From an uncultured Leptospirales bacterium (lineage in GTDB: Bacteria; Spirochaetota; UBA4802; UBA5550): a stretch of DNA of 64,000 nt. The first letter of the stretch is position 1. Each line of letters starts with the position of its first letter. The position numbers were made by a program, and so were the translations under genes. The notes beneath the pieces are model-generated. The model saw nothing but the letters and a program-made list of their open reading frames with translations, made no database searches and had not been told where the DNA came from. Below, in pieces: positions 50,016 through 59,591 of this stretch. The stretch is taken from contig CAYTNW010000008.1 in NCBI GenBank assembly GCA_964439325.1, forward strand, positions 69,440 through 133,439, written 5' to 3'.

Positions 50016-51395
50016 ATGAGTATAATGAAAAAAATATCGGATATAGAAGCAGTAATAAAACAGGGAGAAAGTCAGACTGTTGAATTTAAGCAGTCGTTTG
50101 ACAAAGAAGCCATTGAGACTGTATCTGCTTTTGCAAATAGCAGTGGAGGAATTTTAATTATCGGTGTTAAAGATAATGGAGCAGTCTCTGGAATAACTAT
50201 AAGTAGAGAAACTGTACCGCAGTATATAAACCAGATTAAAAATTCCACTGAACCGTCTTTGATTGTGGATATAATATCTTTCGAGATAGAAAAAAAGAAT
50301 ATTCTGGTTATTAAAGTCGATGAGTTTCCGATTAAACCGGTAAATTATAAAGGAAGATATTTTAAAAGGGTATCGAACAGTAACCATCAGATGACGCCGA
50401 CAGAAATATCAAATTTACATATGCAGTCGCTTCAGTTGTCATGGGATGCGTATTTTTCCAATGAAAATTTACAGAAAGAGATTGATCCGGAAAAAGTAAA
50501 AAATTTTTTTGATAGAGTAAACAAAACCGGAAGATTTGTTCTGAACGCAACATTTGAGGAAAACCTGCAGAAACTTAATCTGTTAAAAGACGGAAAAATT
50601 ACAAATGCGGCATGGCTGCTGTTTTCAAAGGAACAGACTGTTTATAATATACATATAGGACGTTTCAAAACTCCATCCATGATTTTAGATGATAAAATGA
50701 TTAAAGCCGCCCTCTTTGAAGCTGTAGATGAAGTAATGCTTTATATCCTGTCTCATATCAAGGTGGCGTTTGAGTTTACCGGAGACATAGAGCGCAGGGA
50801 AATATTTGAATATCCTAAAGAAGCAATCAGAGAGCTCGTATTAAATGCAATAGTTCACAGGGACTATACCAGCTCCGTGGATGTCCAGATAAAAATATTT
50901 GATAAGTCCATAACGTTTTTCAATCCTGGAAAATTATACGGCGATCTTACCGTTGAGCAGTTGAAGACAGACTCTTACCAGTCCAGGACAAGAAATAAAC
51001 TCATAGCGGAAGCTTTTTATCTGACTGGTGATATAGAAAAATACGGAAGCGGGTATATACGAGTAAGAGAGGCTATTGCAAGTTATCCGACAATGAAGTT
51101 CGAATATCAGGAGACTGGTGACGGTTTTTTAGTGACTTTACGTTATGAAAAACAAAAGACTACCCAAAAGACTACCCAAAAGACTACCCAAAAGACTACC
51201 CAAAAGACTACAAAACAGTTGATCCTTGATTTGATCATATCTGATCCGGCAATCACAAGAGAAGAACTGGCAGATAAAATCGGAGTAACGCCCGATGCGG
51301 TTAAACAGCATATGGCAAATTTGAAAAAGGATGGAATTATTAAAAGATCAGGCGGGAGGAAAGGGGGCAGATGGGAGGTAATTTCAGATGATTGA
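50016..51395 (+). CDS. AlbA_2/Schlafen-like domain, HATPase-like domain and C-terminal wHTH protein
   Basis: GESQTVEFK, SAFANSSGG.LIIGV, AIRELVLNAIVHRDY, IEKYGSG and a terminal HTH (LKKDGIIKRSG..KGGRWEV). Confidence 0.88.
   Translation: MSIMKKISDIEAVIKQGESQTVEFKQSFDKEAIETVSAFANSSGGILIIGVKDNGAVSGITISRETVPQYINQIKNSTEPSLIVDIISFEIEKKNILVIKVDEFPIKPVNYKGRYFKRVSNSNHQMTPTEISNLHMQSLQLSWDAYFSNENLQKEIDPEKVKNFFDRVNKTGRFVLNATFEENLQKLNLLKDGKITNAAWLLFSKEQTVYNIHIGRFKTPSMILDDKMIKAALFEAVDEVMLYILSHIKVAFEFTGDIERREIFEYPKEAIRELVLNAIVHRDYTSSVDVQIKIFDKSITFFNPGKLYGDLTVEQLKTDSYQSRTRNKLIAEAFYLTGDIEKYGSGYIRVREAIASYPTMKFEYQETGDGFLVTLRYEKQKTTQKTTQKTTQKTTQKTTKQLILDLIISDPAITREELADKIGVTPDAVKQHMANLKKDGIIKRSGGRKGGRWEVISDD
51153..51212 (+). 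repeat. In-frame 12-bp tandem repeat, five copies (QKTT)
   Basis: CAAAAGACTACC four times plus CAAAAGACTACA. Confidence 0.95.
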
Positions 51396-51466
51396 TGCCG
51401 GTAATCGCCTGCGTAAAGTATTTTTATTTAGAATAGTGTTACAAGGAATATGATGAGTTTTTAAAA

Positions 51467-51622
51467 AACAACAAGCTTGGATACAGGTATGTTCTGACTC
51501 CTCATGGTATAAATGAAAAATACCGAATCACTGCTGATTTTCTGAAACGGAAAGAGGCTGAATTTATAAAGATGCAGATAGAGATTGAAGTGCTTAAACG
51601 TGAAATTGAACAAATAATATAG
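51467..51622 (+). pseudogene. Second copy of the marR 3' end (51 codons)
   Basis: Translates NNKLGYRYVLTPHGINEKYRITADFLKRKEAEFIKMQIEIEVLKREIEQII*. No 5' half is present. Confidence 0.93.
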
Positions 51623-51798
51623 ATATCTATAAATATGATATTGAATACATCAGGGTATATTTATGAAGATATAGTATATTAAACCGGTATTTATAGAGAA
51701 TTTTTGATTTGATAATTAAAATGTATTTAATTAATTAGGAATAATGAAATAGTAAGCCATTGAATGTAAAATGTAGCATGCAGTGCGGGGAGGATGGA

Positions 51799-52035
51799 AT
51801 GTTAAGAGAAATTATTAAACCTACAGAGCAGAATTATTTATTGCGGATACCAAAAGAGTACTTAAATAGAAACGTAGAGATTTTAGTATTGCTGCTTGAT
51901 GGAGAATCAGACAATCAGTCAATTAAGAGCGATAAGGAAATATTAAAAAAGACGGCAGGTATATTCAAAAACAGAAATATAGATCCGCTGAAATGGCAAC
52001 GGAACATAAGAGCTGAGTGGGATGATAGAACATGA
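51799..52035 (+). CDS. Probable antitoxin of the adjacent PIN toxin
   Basis: Small ORF after GGGGAGG, with an ATGA overlap with the PIN gene and a C-terminal IRAEWD. Confidence 0.7.
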   Translation: MLREIIKPTEQNYLLRIPKEYLNRNVEILVLLLDGESDNQSIKSDKEILKKTAGIFKNRNIDPLKWQRNIRAEWDDRT

Positions 52036-52406
52036 AGTATTTACTTGATTCAAATATAATAATATATCATTTGAATGGTGAAGATATTGCTACAAGGTTT
52101 ATTTTTAATAATAGAGATGTATGTGCAATTTCCAGAATAACATATATTGAAGTTTTGTCGTTTGAATTTTCGGTTGAGGAAGAAAGCGACGTAAAAGAAC
52201 TTCTGGAAAGTTTTGTTATTATAGATACAAATAAAGAGATCGCGATCCAATCAATTAAAAATATTAAATCTGTAAAGATAAAAGTACCGGATAACATTAT
52301 TGCTTCAACAGCACAGGTTAATAATATGACTTTGGTTACGAGAAATATTTTAGATTTTCATTCGTTAGATGTTAAAATGCTGAATATTTTTGATGAAATA
52401 ATATAG
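52032..52406 (+). CDS. vapC: PIN-domain (VapC-like) toxin
   Basis: YLLDSNIII, ITYIEVL, PDNIIASTA and LVTRNILDF. Confidence 0.9.
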   Translation: MKYLLDSNIIIYHLNGEDIATRFIFNNRDVCAISRITYIEVLSFEFSVEEESDVKELLESFVIIDTNKEIAIQSIKNIKSVKIKVPDNIIASTAQVNNMTLVTRNILDFHSLDVKMLNIFDEII

Positions 52407-52482
52407 ATGAAAGTATAGAACCACAAATTTTTAACTTTGATCTTTAAACTGTATAGTGCTTACTTCGAAGTGAATTAGTAAG

Positions 52483-52578
52483 AAGTATCATCTCACTGCT
52501 GCCTTTTTAAAAAGAAAGTAAACTGAGTTTATAAAGATGCAGATGGAGATTGAAGATTTCGAAGTTGAGCAGGTATAG
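52483..52578 (+). pseudogene. Third, decayed copy of the marR 3' end
   Basis: Translates KYHLTAAFLKRK*TEFIKMQMEIEDFEVEQV*, with an internal TAA. Confidence 0.85.
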
Positions 52579-52733
52579 TTGTTGTAAAAATGAAAAAATT
52601 AATATTTTTAAAATGTTATAAGTATTATCTTAGATGAGGAAGTTATTACAATCGTAAAGAAAATAAAAGGAAGTAGCAGATATTTTTACCGTAATCTTCA
52701 GGGTAAAGATAAAAATATTAAATAGGATTTGTT

Positions 52734-54023
52734 TTGTATAAATTTATAAAATATAAGTTGAAAGTTGAAAGCAATAAACGGCTCATCTCAAATTTTATTT
52801 CCCTTGCGGTTCTTCAAGGGGCATCATACATTTTACCGCTTATTACATTGCCCTATCTTGTGCGCGTGTTGGGACCGGAAAGATTTGGACTAGTTGCTTT
52901 TGCAACATCAACTGTAGCATATTTTCAGGTAATTACTGATTACGGATTTGATTTATCTGCGACAAGACATGTATCAATAAACCGAGACAATAATGAAAAC
53001 CTTATTGAAATATTTAGTTCTGTAATAGCGATCAAATTTATATTGATGTTTGTTAGTTTGATTTTATTGTCTATTATTATTTTTTCTTTTGAAAAATTCA
53101 GTGTTAATTGGAAGATTTATTATTTAACTTTTGGGATGGTTTTAGGCCAGATTCTTTTTCCGGTATGGCTTTTTCAGGGACTTGAAAATATGAAGTATAT
53201 TACAGTGTTAAATATAGTAGCAAAGTTGATTTTTACTGTAGCAATATTTGTTGTGGTTAAAACAGAAAATGATTATTTGTATGTACCATTATTAAATTCA
53301 ATAGGGATACTTATTGCAGGAATCAGCGGATTTGTTATTTCTATAAAAATGCTTAATGTGAAATTTAGTTATAGAAAAATATTATTGAAAAAATATGCTA
53401 TATCCAGTTTTCCTATCTTTGGATCAGTTGTATCTTCATCTATATTATACAATAGCCCGGCGCTTTTACTCGGTACACTAACTAATTATCATATCGTTGG
53501 TCTTTATTCCGCTGCTGAAAAAATTATATATGCGATAAGAAGTTTTTTATATATTTTTCATCAGACAGTTTTTCCACGATTGTCAAAACTTTATTATGAC
53601 AATATCAATAAATACTTTTACCTGTGGAAAACATTTTTTCTTGTAATTGTCATTGTATCATTTTCTGTTGCAATAATCTGTAATATTTTTTCCGAAACAA
53701 TAACAAACGTTATTTTTGGTTCAAATTTTTCCGAAAGTGGAGAGATTTTTAAAATTTTATCCATAACCATTATGACGTATTCAATTTATACTATGTTAGG
53801 TTTGGAAAGCCTGATTATAACTGGCCATACGAAACAGTTGGTATATTCTCAAATAATTCCAATTATTATTTATTTAATTATTTCACCATTCGTCTTGAAC
53901 TATTTAAGTATAATTCCTTTTGTTTTTTGCTTAATTATTGCAGAATTCATGATAATAATAATCAGATTATTTTTTTTAAATATGAATGGTTTCTTTTCTT
54001 TAAATAAAAAATATGATAAATAA
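52734..54023 (+). CDS. wzx: O-antigen/polysaccharide flippase
   Basis: LPLITLPYLVRVLGPERFG, TDYGF, FPVWLFQG and VGLYSAAEKI; polytopic. Confidence 0.92.
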   Translation: MYKFIKYKLKVESNKRLISNFISLAVLQGASYILPLITLPYLVRVLGPERFGLVAFATSTVAYFQVITDYGFDLSATRHVSINRDNNENLIEIFSSVIAIKFILMFVSLILLSIIIFSFEKFSVNWKIYYLTFGMVLGQILFPVWLFQGLENMKYITVLNIVAKLIFTVAIFVVVKTENDYLYVPLLNSIGILIAGISGFVISIKMLNVKFSYRKILLKKYAISSFPIFGSVVSSSILYNSPALLLGTLTNYHIVGLYSAAEKIIYAIRSFLYIFHQTVFPRLSKLYYDNINKYFYLWKTFFLVIVIVSFSVAIICNIFSETITNVIFGSNFSESGEIFKILSITIMTYSIYTMLGLESLIITGHTKQLVYSQIIPIIIYLIISPFVLNYLSIIPFVFCLIIAEFMIIIIRLFFLNMNGFFSLNKKYDK

Positions 54024-54025
54024 TA

Positions 54026-54970
54026 TTGGTAAATATGAGCCCAAATGATTTTCTAAATATTAATAATAATCAGGCATTAATCCTTGTATCCGATGATGAT
54101 ATAATAAGATATAAGTCTTCATCAGGTGGTGCAATCACATCTATAATTAAGTCATTGTTTGAATCTGAAAGTATAAAATCGACGATAACTTTTAATTTTA
54201 CTTATGACCTGTTTAAACCAGAGATTATTTATTCTTTCAATGAATACAAAATATGTGGATCAATTTACCACAATATAAATATACCTCGGTTTATTAAAGA
54301 TAATATTGATGTTATTAAGTTACCCTTTCTTGTCGTTTGCCTACCTTGTCAAGTAAATGCAATACGAAAAGTATTCATTATGAATGAAATAACTGAATAC
54401 TTTATTATTTCTTTAATCTGTTCTTCTCAACAAAGTAAAGACGCGACTTATTTTTTATTTAAAAAGTTAAAAATAAACATTAATGATATTTCACTTTTTC
54501 AGTATAGAGGTAATGGATGGCCCTCTGGTGTTACTATTAAGCTTAAAAATAGTAATACATTTTTTCTCTCAAATGAGAATTCATTGTGGACAGATATTTT
54601 TCATTCTCAAATTTTTACAATAAAACGTTGTTTTAGATGTCATTCAACTTTTGGAGAAGATGCTGATATTTGTGTAGGTGATCCATGGAATATTGAATTA
54701 TTGAAAAATGATAATGTAGGCGCTTCTCTTGTTTTTATTAATAATAGTACAGGCTTGGAAATTATCAAAAAAATGATTTTTAAAAATTCATTAAGAATTA
54801 TTGAAAGAATTTCATTGGAACAGGCCTATGATACTCAAAAATGGACTGCTCAAAAGAAATTGGTTTTTAATGTGTACGGTAAAATATTCCAATATTTATT
54901 GAAAATAATTAGGAATAATTTATACATAAATGTTGTTTTTGGACATTCCACAAAATGCACACCGGGATAA
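54026..54970 (+). CDS. FrhB/FdhB-like (coenzyme F420 hydrogenase beta subunit-like) protein
   Basis: RYKSSSGG, CLPCQV, LICSS, YRGNGWP, RCFRC and ADICVGDPW. Confidence 0.85.
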   Translation: MVNMSPNDFLNINNNQALILVSDDDIIRYKSSSGGAITSIIKSLFESESIKSTITFNFTYDLFKPEIIYSFNEYKICGSIYHNINIPRFIKDNIDVIKLPFLVVCLPCQVNAIRKVFIMNEITEYFIISLICSSQQSKDATYFLFKKLKININDISLFQYRGNGWPSGVTIKLKNSNTFFLSNENSLWTDIFHSQIFTIKRCFRCHSTFGEDADICVGDPWNIELLKNDNVGASLVFINNSTGLEIIKKMIFKNSLRIIERISLEQAYDTQKWTAQKKLVFNVYGKIFQYLLKIIRNNLYINVVFGHSTKCTPG

Positions 54971-55012
54971 TTGTGAAATTAATACCAATACTTTATGCCA
55001 GGATAAAAAAAA

Positions 55013-56239
55013 ATGAAAATTACAATTATTAATCAACATACATCAAATCGTGGGGATGAGGCAGCAGCTAAGGCTCTCCTTAGAGCCATTAAAAAATACT
55101 CAGATTTGATTGAATCAATAGATATTGTGTATAATAGACAAAATATTTTGAAAAAGGATGATGAAATTAGTATAGAAGGATTGTCTATCTCTCATCATAG
55201 TAGTGGAAATTTTATGTTAGTTGATAAACTTATAATGATGGCAACATTTTTATTTCCTTTTCAATTAGCAAAGATTTTGATAAAATTTAGTAATTGGCAG
55301 GATGAACTAAAATTGATGGAGAAAGCGGATGTAATAATTAGTTCTCCATGCGGAGTAAATATGGGACTTTATCAGGATTGGCATTACCTATGGAGGTTGT
55401 TTGTTTCTGTAAAGCTTAATAAAAAAGTTGCTATTTATTCAACCTCATTTGGTTTTGTGGAAAGTAAAAGGTTTAATTTTTTATCATACCTTTTTAATAA
55501 AGTAAGTATGTATGTTCTCAATCATATAGATTTTCAATCATATAGAGATAGTAAAAGTCAAGAATTAGCTAAGTCCTTGAAATTAAATTATATTGATTCC
55601 ATTGATACTGTTTTTCTAGATAGTTATTATGAATCGGATTTACCAGATAATTTAAAGTTTTTAAATAATATGGATTACGTAGTTTGTGTTACTAATGAAT
55701 TATATAATTGGCATCCAAATTTTAAAAACATAAAAACTGATAAATTAGATAAAATTTATGTTAATATAATTGATAATTTTTTGAATAAAAACATTTCAGT
55801 AATATTACTCCCACAATTATTTGGTTTAGTTAATGATGAAAAGTATTGTTCATTATTAAGAGAAAAGTCGTGTGACAAATCAAATGTATATGTTATACCT
55901 GAACTCACTAATTCAGATATACATCAGTGCATTATTAAAAAATCTATATTTGTCATCGGAGGGAGATATCATTCAAGTGTATTTGCAATAAGAAACAGTA
56001 TACCATTTGTCTGTTTATCCTATGAGCATAAGATGGAATATATGCTGTCAATATTGAATCTTAGTTTTTTAAATATTGACCTTAATAGTATAATAAAAGG
56101 TAATTTAGATTATATGGATAAGATTAATAAATATTTTGATAGCAAAGATATAATAAATATTGCTGACGCTCGTAAAAAAGCTATTTCAATAGCAAATAAT
56201 ACTTTTTCTGTTTTTTGTAAGGATTTTTTGTTTAAATAA
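55013..56239 (+). CDS. Polysaccharide pyruvyl transferase family protein
   Basis: SNRGDEAA, YRDSKS, IGGRYHSSVFA and LSYEHKM. Confidence 0.87.
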   Translation: MKITIINQHTSNRGDEAAAKALLRAIKKYSDLIESIDIVYNRQNILKKDDEISIEGLSISHHSSGNFMLVDKLIMMATFLFPFQLAKILIKFSNWQDELKLMEKADVIISSPCGVNMGLYQDWHYLWRLFVSVKLNKKVAIYSTSFGFVESKRFNFLSYLFNKVSMYVLNHIDFQSYRDSKSQELAKSLKLNYIDSIDTVFLDSYYESDLPDNLKFLNNMDYVVCVTNELYNWHPNFKNIKTDKLDKIYVNIIDNFLNKNISVILLPQLFGLVNDEKYCSLLREKSCDKSNVYVIPELTNSDIHQCIIKKSIFVIGGRYHSSVFAIRNSIPFVCLSYEHKMEYMLSILNLSFLNIDLNSIIKGNLDYMDKINKYFDSKDIINIADARKKAISIANNTFSVFCKDFLFK

Positions 56240-56397
56240 TTCAGAATTATTGGAATGGTAGCTACTTAAAAATTGGTAACAAAAAATCACAACTTTATGC
56301 CCTTATGAGGTTGTGGTAGTAATTCCTTACTGTTTTAGAACATTAACTAAAAATTTGAGATTTTAAGTAAGTTAATAATGAAATAGATGGAGATTTT

Positions 56398-57285
56398 ATG
56401 GATATAATAAAGCAAGTAGAACTAGGGGTTTTAATTTGCCCTCTTACAAAACATAAACTTTTCATTTCACCAGACAGACAGTGGTTGATAACAAAAAATA
56501 AATCGAATCGGTACAAGCTTAAAGATGAAAAAATTCCAATTCTTCTATCTAATCCCGAGTGGGCTGAGGAATATGCTTCTGATTCTTCAAAGATGAATGA
56601 GGAGTATTCGCTTGAAAATGTAAAAAAGCATAAATCGTTTTTTAATAGAATTAAACAATGTTTGACTTATGATTATAAGACAACCGCATCAAAAAATGCG
56701 TTTTTGTCATTATTTAATAATTTATCAGAAGATGCATTATGTCTATCGATTGGTGGAGGTCCAACACGTGCCCATAAACGACTGACTAATGTTAATATTG
56801 GTCCATTCCCAAATGTTGATGTAGTTGCGGATGCACACCAATTACCCTATGCTGATAATAGCATCGATGCAGTCCATAGTGATGCAGTTTTCGAACATTT
56901 ACAAAATCCTGTAAAAGCAGCAGAGGAAATTTATAGAGTTATGAAGCCTGGTAGTAAGGCATATATTAGCACTCCTTTTATGCAGGCTTATCACGGGTAT
57001 CCCCACCATTTTCAAAATTTTACAATTACTGGGCATAAATTATTATTTACATCAGTGGGATTTGAAGTTCTTGAAGCCGGTACTAGTGTGGGTCCTGTCT
57101 ATACAATAGTTAACCTTATCAGCACATTTATATATTATTATTTACCTATGGTTTTGCGAGTTCCTTTGAGAATTATCTGGGGTGGATTTGGAGTATTGAT
57201 TAGACCTTTAGATAAAATCATAGGTAATAGAAATAATTCTTATATATTAGCATCTACGACATATGTCGTTATAAAAAAAATTTAA
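56398..57285 (+). CDS. Class I SAM-dependent methyltransferase with a Trm112-like N-terminus
   Basis: LICPLTK; LSIGGG, DAHQLPY, VFEHL, YRVMKPG and YHGYPHHF. Confidence 0.85.
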   Translation: MDIIKQVELGVLICPLTKHKLFISPDRQWLITKNKSNRYKLKDEKIPILLSNPEWAEEYASDSSKMNEEYSLENVKKHKSFFNRIKQCLTYDYKTTASKNAFLSLFNNLSEDALCLSIGGGPTRAHKRLTNVNIGPFPNVDVVADAHQLPYADNSIDAVHSDAVFEHLQNPVKAAEEIYRVMKPGSKAYISTPFMQAYHGYPHHFQNFTITGHKLLFTSVGFEVLEAGTSVGPVYTIVNLISTFIYYYLPMVLRVPLRIIWGGFGVLIRPLDKIIGNRNNSYILASTTYVVIKKI

Positions 57286-57452
57286 TTTATCTTTGAAGTA
57301 AATATATAAAGTATAGTCAGTATGAGTAATATATTTTTTTAAATAACAAGAGAGTCGGATATATTTAGTATTTAATCTTCTTTACCTTTCATGACTAAGA
57401 AATTTTTGTTTTTTTATTTAGAATTTTATACTGTTGGTAAGTACTATTTTTT

Positions 57453-58718
57453 ATGAAAATTGATTTTAAACCGCTTTTTTATAAGTTAGGGAATATTTTA
57501 TTTTTTTTAATGCTGGTTTTTCCTAGAACACAGCAGATGATAAAAATTCCATTAGTAATTTTAGTATTTATCCCAATAATTTATATAATAGTGACAACGA
57601 GAACAGTAAATTTGTCAAAAACAGTTGGGATTTGGTTTTGTTTCTATTTTGCATATAGTTTTATATGGATTTGTATTGGGGCATTAAACAGCAATCCTGG
57701 AACTTTTGATTATTTAAAACTAAACATATTCTGGGGACTATTATATGCCACATTTATTGTTGGTATAAAGGATATTGAATATTTTTTTTCTTTAGTTCGC
57801 ACAATGATTTATTCCTGTATTGGTATTGTCGTTGTAAATGTAATATTAATTCTATGTACGTTGAATATACTACCTTCAGAATTAATGGTGATCTCTGATA
57901 GAGAAACAAGTGTAGGTATTTATAGTGGTTTTGTACATCTGACTTCTTATAATATAGGTACACTTGCTTTCTTAACTCCATTTATATTTTCATTGTACTA
58001 TCTAATGGATGATTTTGAATATAATATTTTAGATGTAAAAAAAAATTTATTGGCATTTGTTTATTTCGCAGTTTTTATTATATCGATTTTATCTGGTAGA
58101 AGAGCGTTATGGTTGAATATTTTATTAACTTTTCCAATGTGTTATTTAGCTCTTTTTTTTATAAAAAAAAGGCGACAAGTATTTTTCCGATTAACAAAAC
58201 AAATTATCATAATCACAATTTTTATATTTTCAACTGCAATTTTAATAACCAATAATTTAAATTGGAATATTAATGATTTTACTTACCGGTTTACATCTGC
58301 GTTTACTGATGAAACGGAGAGAACAGATCAGTATATTGCATTAATGAATGTATTCTATGATAATTTTATATTCGGTTCAGGTTTCGGTAAAGGTGTAAAT
58401 CAATGTATTAGAAAGCCTGAAGCACCATGGCAATATGAATTATCTTATATTCTTCAACTTTATAATACCGGAATTTTAGGTATGACATTTTATATTCTCC
58501 TTATTTTCTCTGTATATTATTTAATCTATAAAAATATGTCTAGTTATATTAATAAAGAATATATGTTTATTGGTTTATCATTACTGATCGGATTATCAAA
58601 TTTTTTATTTGCAAATGCAACAAATCCGACTTTATATACTTATGATTTTATGTGGGTCTTATTTTTTCCGATCGCCTTAATAAATGTTTTAATTAAGAGG
58701 AAATATAATGATCAATGA
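57453..58718 (+). CDS. wzy: O-antigen polymerase (Wzy-like)
   Basis: Polytopic, with LSGRRA, FGSGFG, YELSY and ATNP; located in the flippase locus. Confidence 0.72.
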   Translation: MKIDFKPLFYKLGNILFFLMLVFPRTQQMIKIPLVILVFIPIIYIIVTTRTVNLSKTVGIWFCFYFAYSFIWICIGALNSNPGTFDYLKLNIFWGLLYATFIVGIKDIEYFFSLVRTMIYSCIGIVVVNVILILCTLNILPSELMVISDRETSVGIYSGFVHLTSYNIGTLAFLTPFIFSLYYLMDDFEYNILDVKKNLLAFVYFAVFIISILSGRRALWLNILLTFPMCYLALFFIKKRRQVFFRLTKQIIIITIFIFSTAILITNNLNWNINDFTYRFTSAFTDETERTDQYIALMNVFYDNFIFGSGFGKGVNQCIRKPEAPWQYELSYILQLYNTGILGMTFYILLIFSVYYLIYKNMSSYINKEYMFIGLSLLIGLSNFLFANATNPTLYTYDFMWVLFFPIALINVLIKRKYNDQ

Positions 58719-59568
58719 TATTTGTGCTATAATAGTTTCATTTAATGGGAAAGAGACTATTATACAAACTATTGAGGCTCTTCAAAACCAAGTAAATAAA
58801 GTCTTAATAATTGATAATAATTCTGGAAAGAATACAATTGAAGTATTAAAAAGAATTAAATCAGAAAAAATTCACATTATTTATAACAGAAATAATTTTG
58901 GTGTAGCAAAAGCATTAAATCAAGGAATAGCTTACGCAAAAGAGAATAATTATAATTGGATATTGACTTTAGATCAAGACAGTATATGTGATGAAAATCT
59001 AATTATTGAATTTAGAAAGAGTATTGATCTATATTCAGCAAATGATATGTATTCTAAAATTAAAGTCTTTGCTCCTCGAATTTTTTATAACAAAAAAAAA
59101 TATATAACGAAAAAAAAACATCAATTACGTTTAACTTCTATTACCTCCGGAAATTTAATTAATGTAGGTTTGTTTGATTTTATCGGTCAATATAATGAAG
59201 TCTTATTCATCGATTCTGTAGATTTTGATTTTTGCTTAAGAATAGCCAATTCAGGTTTTAAGATAATTCAAAATAATGATGCTGTAATATATCATTCTCT
59301 TGGACAAATTAAAAAAATCTGGTTTATCACAATACATGTTCATTCAAGTATTAGAAGGTATTATATTGCACGAAATCATATTTATATTTTGAAAAACTAT
59401 TTTAAAAGCAATTCAATATTTTGTTTAAAAAAAAACATATGGTTTTTAATGTTAGTTTTACAAATAATATTTCTTGAGTCTGATAAAATTCTAAATATTA
59501 AATATATAGTTTTGGGATTGAAAGATGGAATGCAAAATAATTTTTCCAATGATTTGATGTTCTTATAG
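58708..59568 (+). CDS. GT2 glycosyltransferase (rhamnosyltransferase-like)
   Basis: IIDNNS, NFGVAKALNQG, TLDQDS, ITSGNL, LFIDSVDFDFCLR and RRYYIARN. Confidence 0.9.
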   Translation: MINDICAIIVSFNGKETIIQTIEALQNQVNKVLIIDNNSGKNTIEVLKRIKSEKIHIIYNRNNFGVAKALNQGIAYAKENNYNWILTLDQDSICDENLIIEFRKSIDLYSANDMYSKIKVFAPRIFYNKKKYITKKKHQLRLTSITSGNLINVGLFDFIGQYNEVLFIDSVDFDFCLRIANSGFKIIQNNDAVIYHSLGQIKKIWFITIHVHSSIRRYYIARNHIYILKNYFKSNSIFCLKKNIWFLMLVLQIIFLESDKILNIKYIVLGLKDGMQNNFSNDLMFL

Positions 59569-59591
59569 AATTTTGGTAAAGAAGAGATAAC

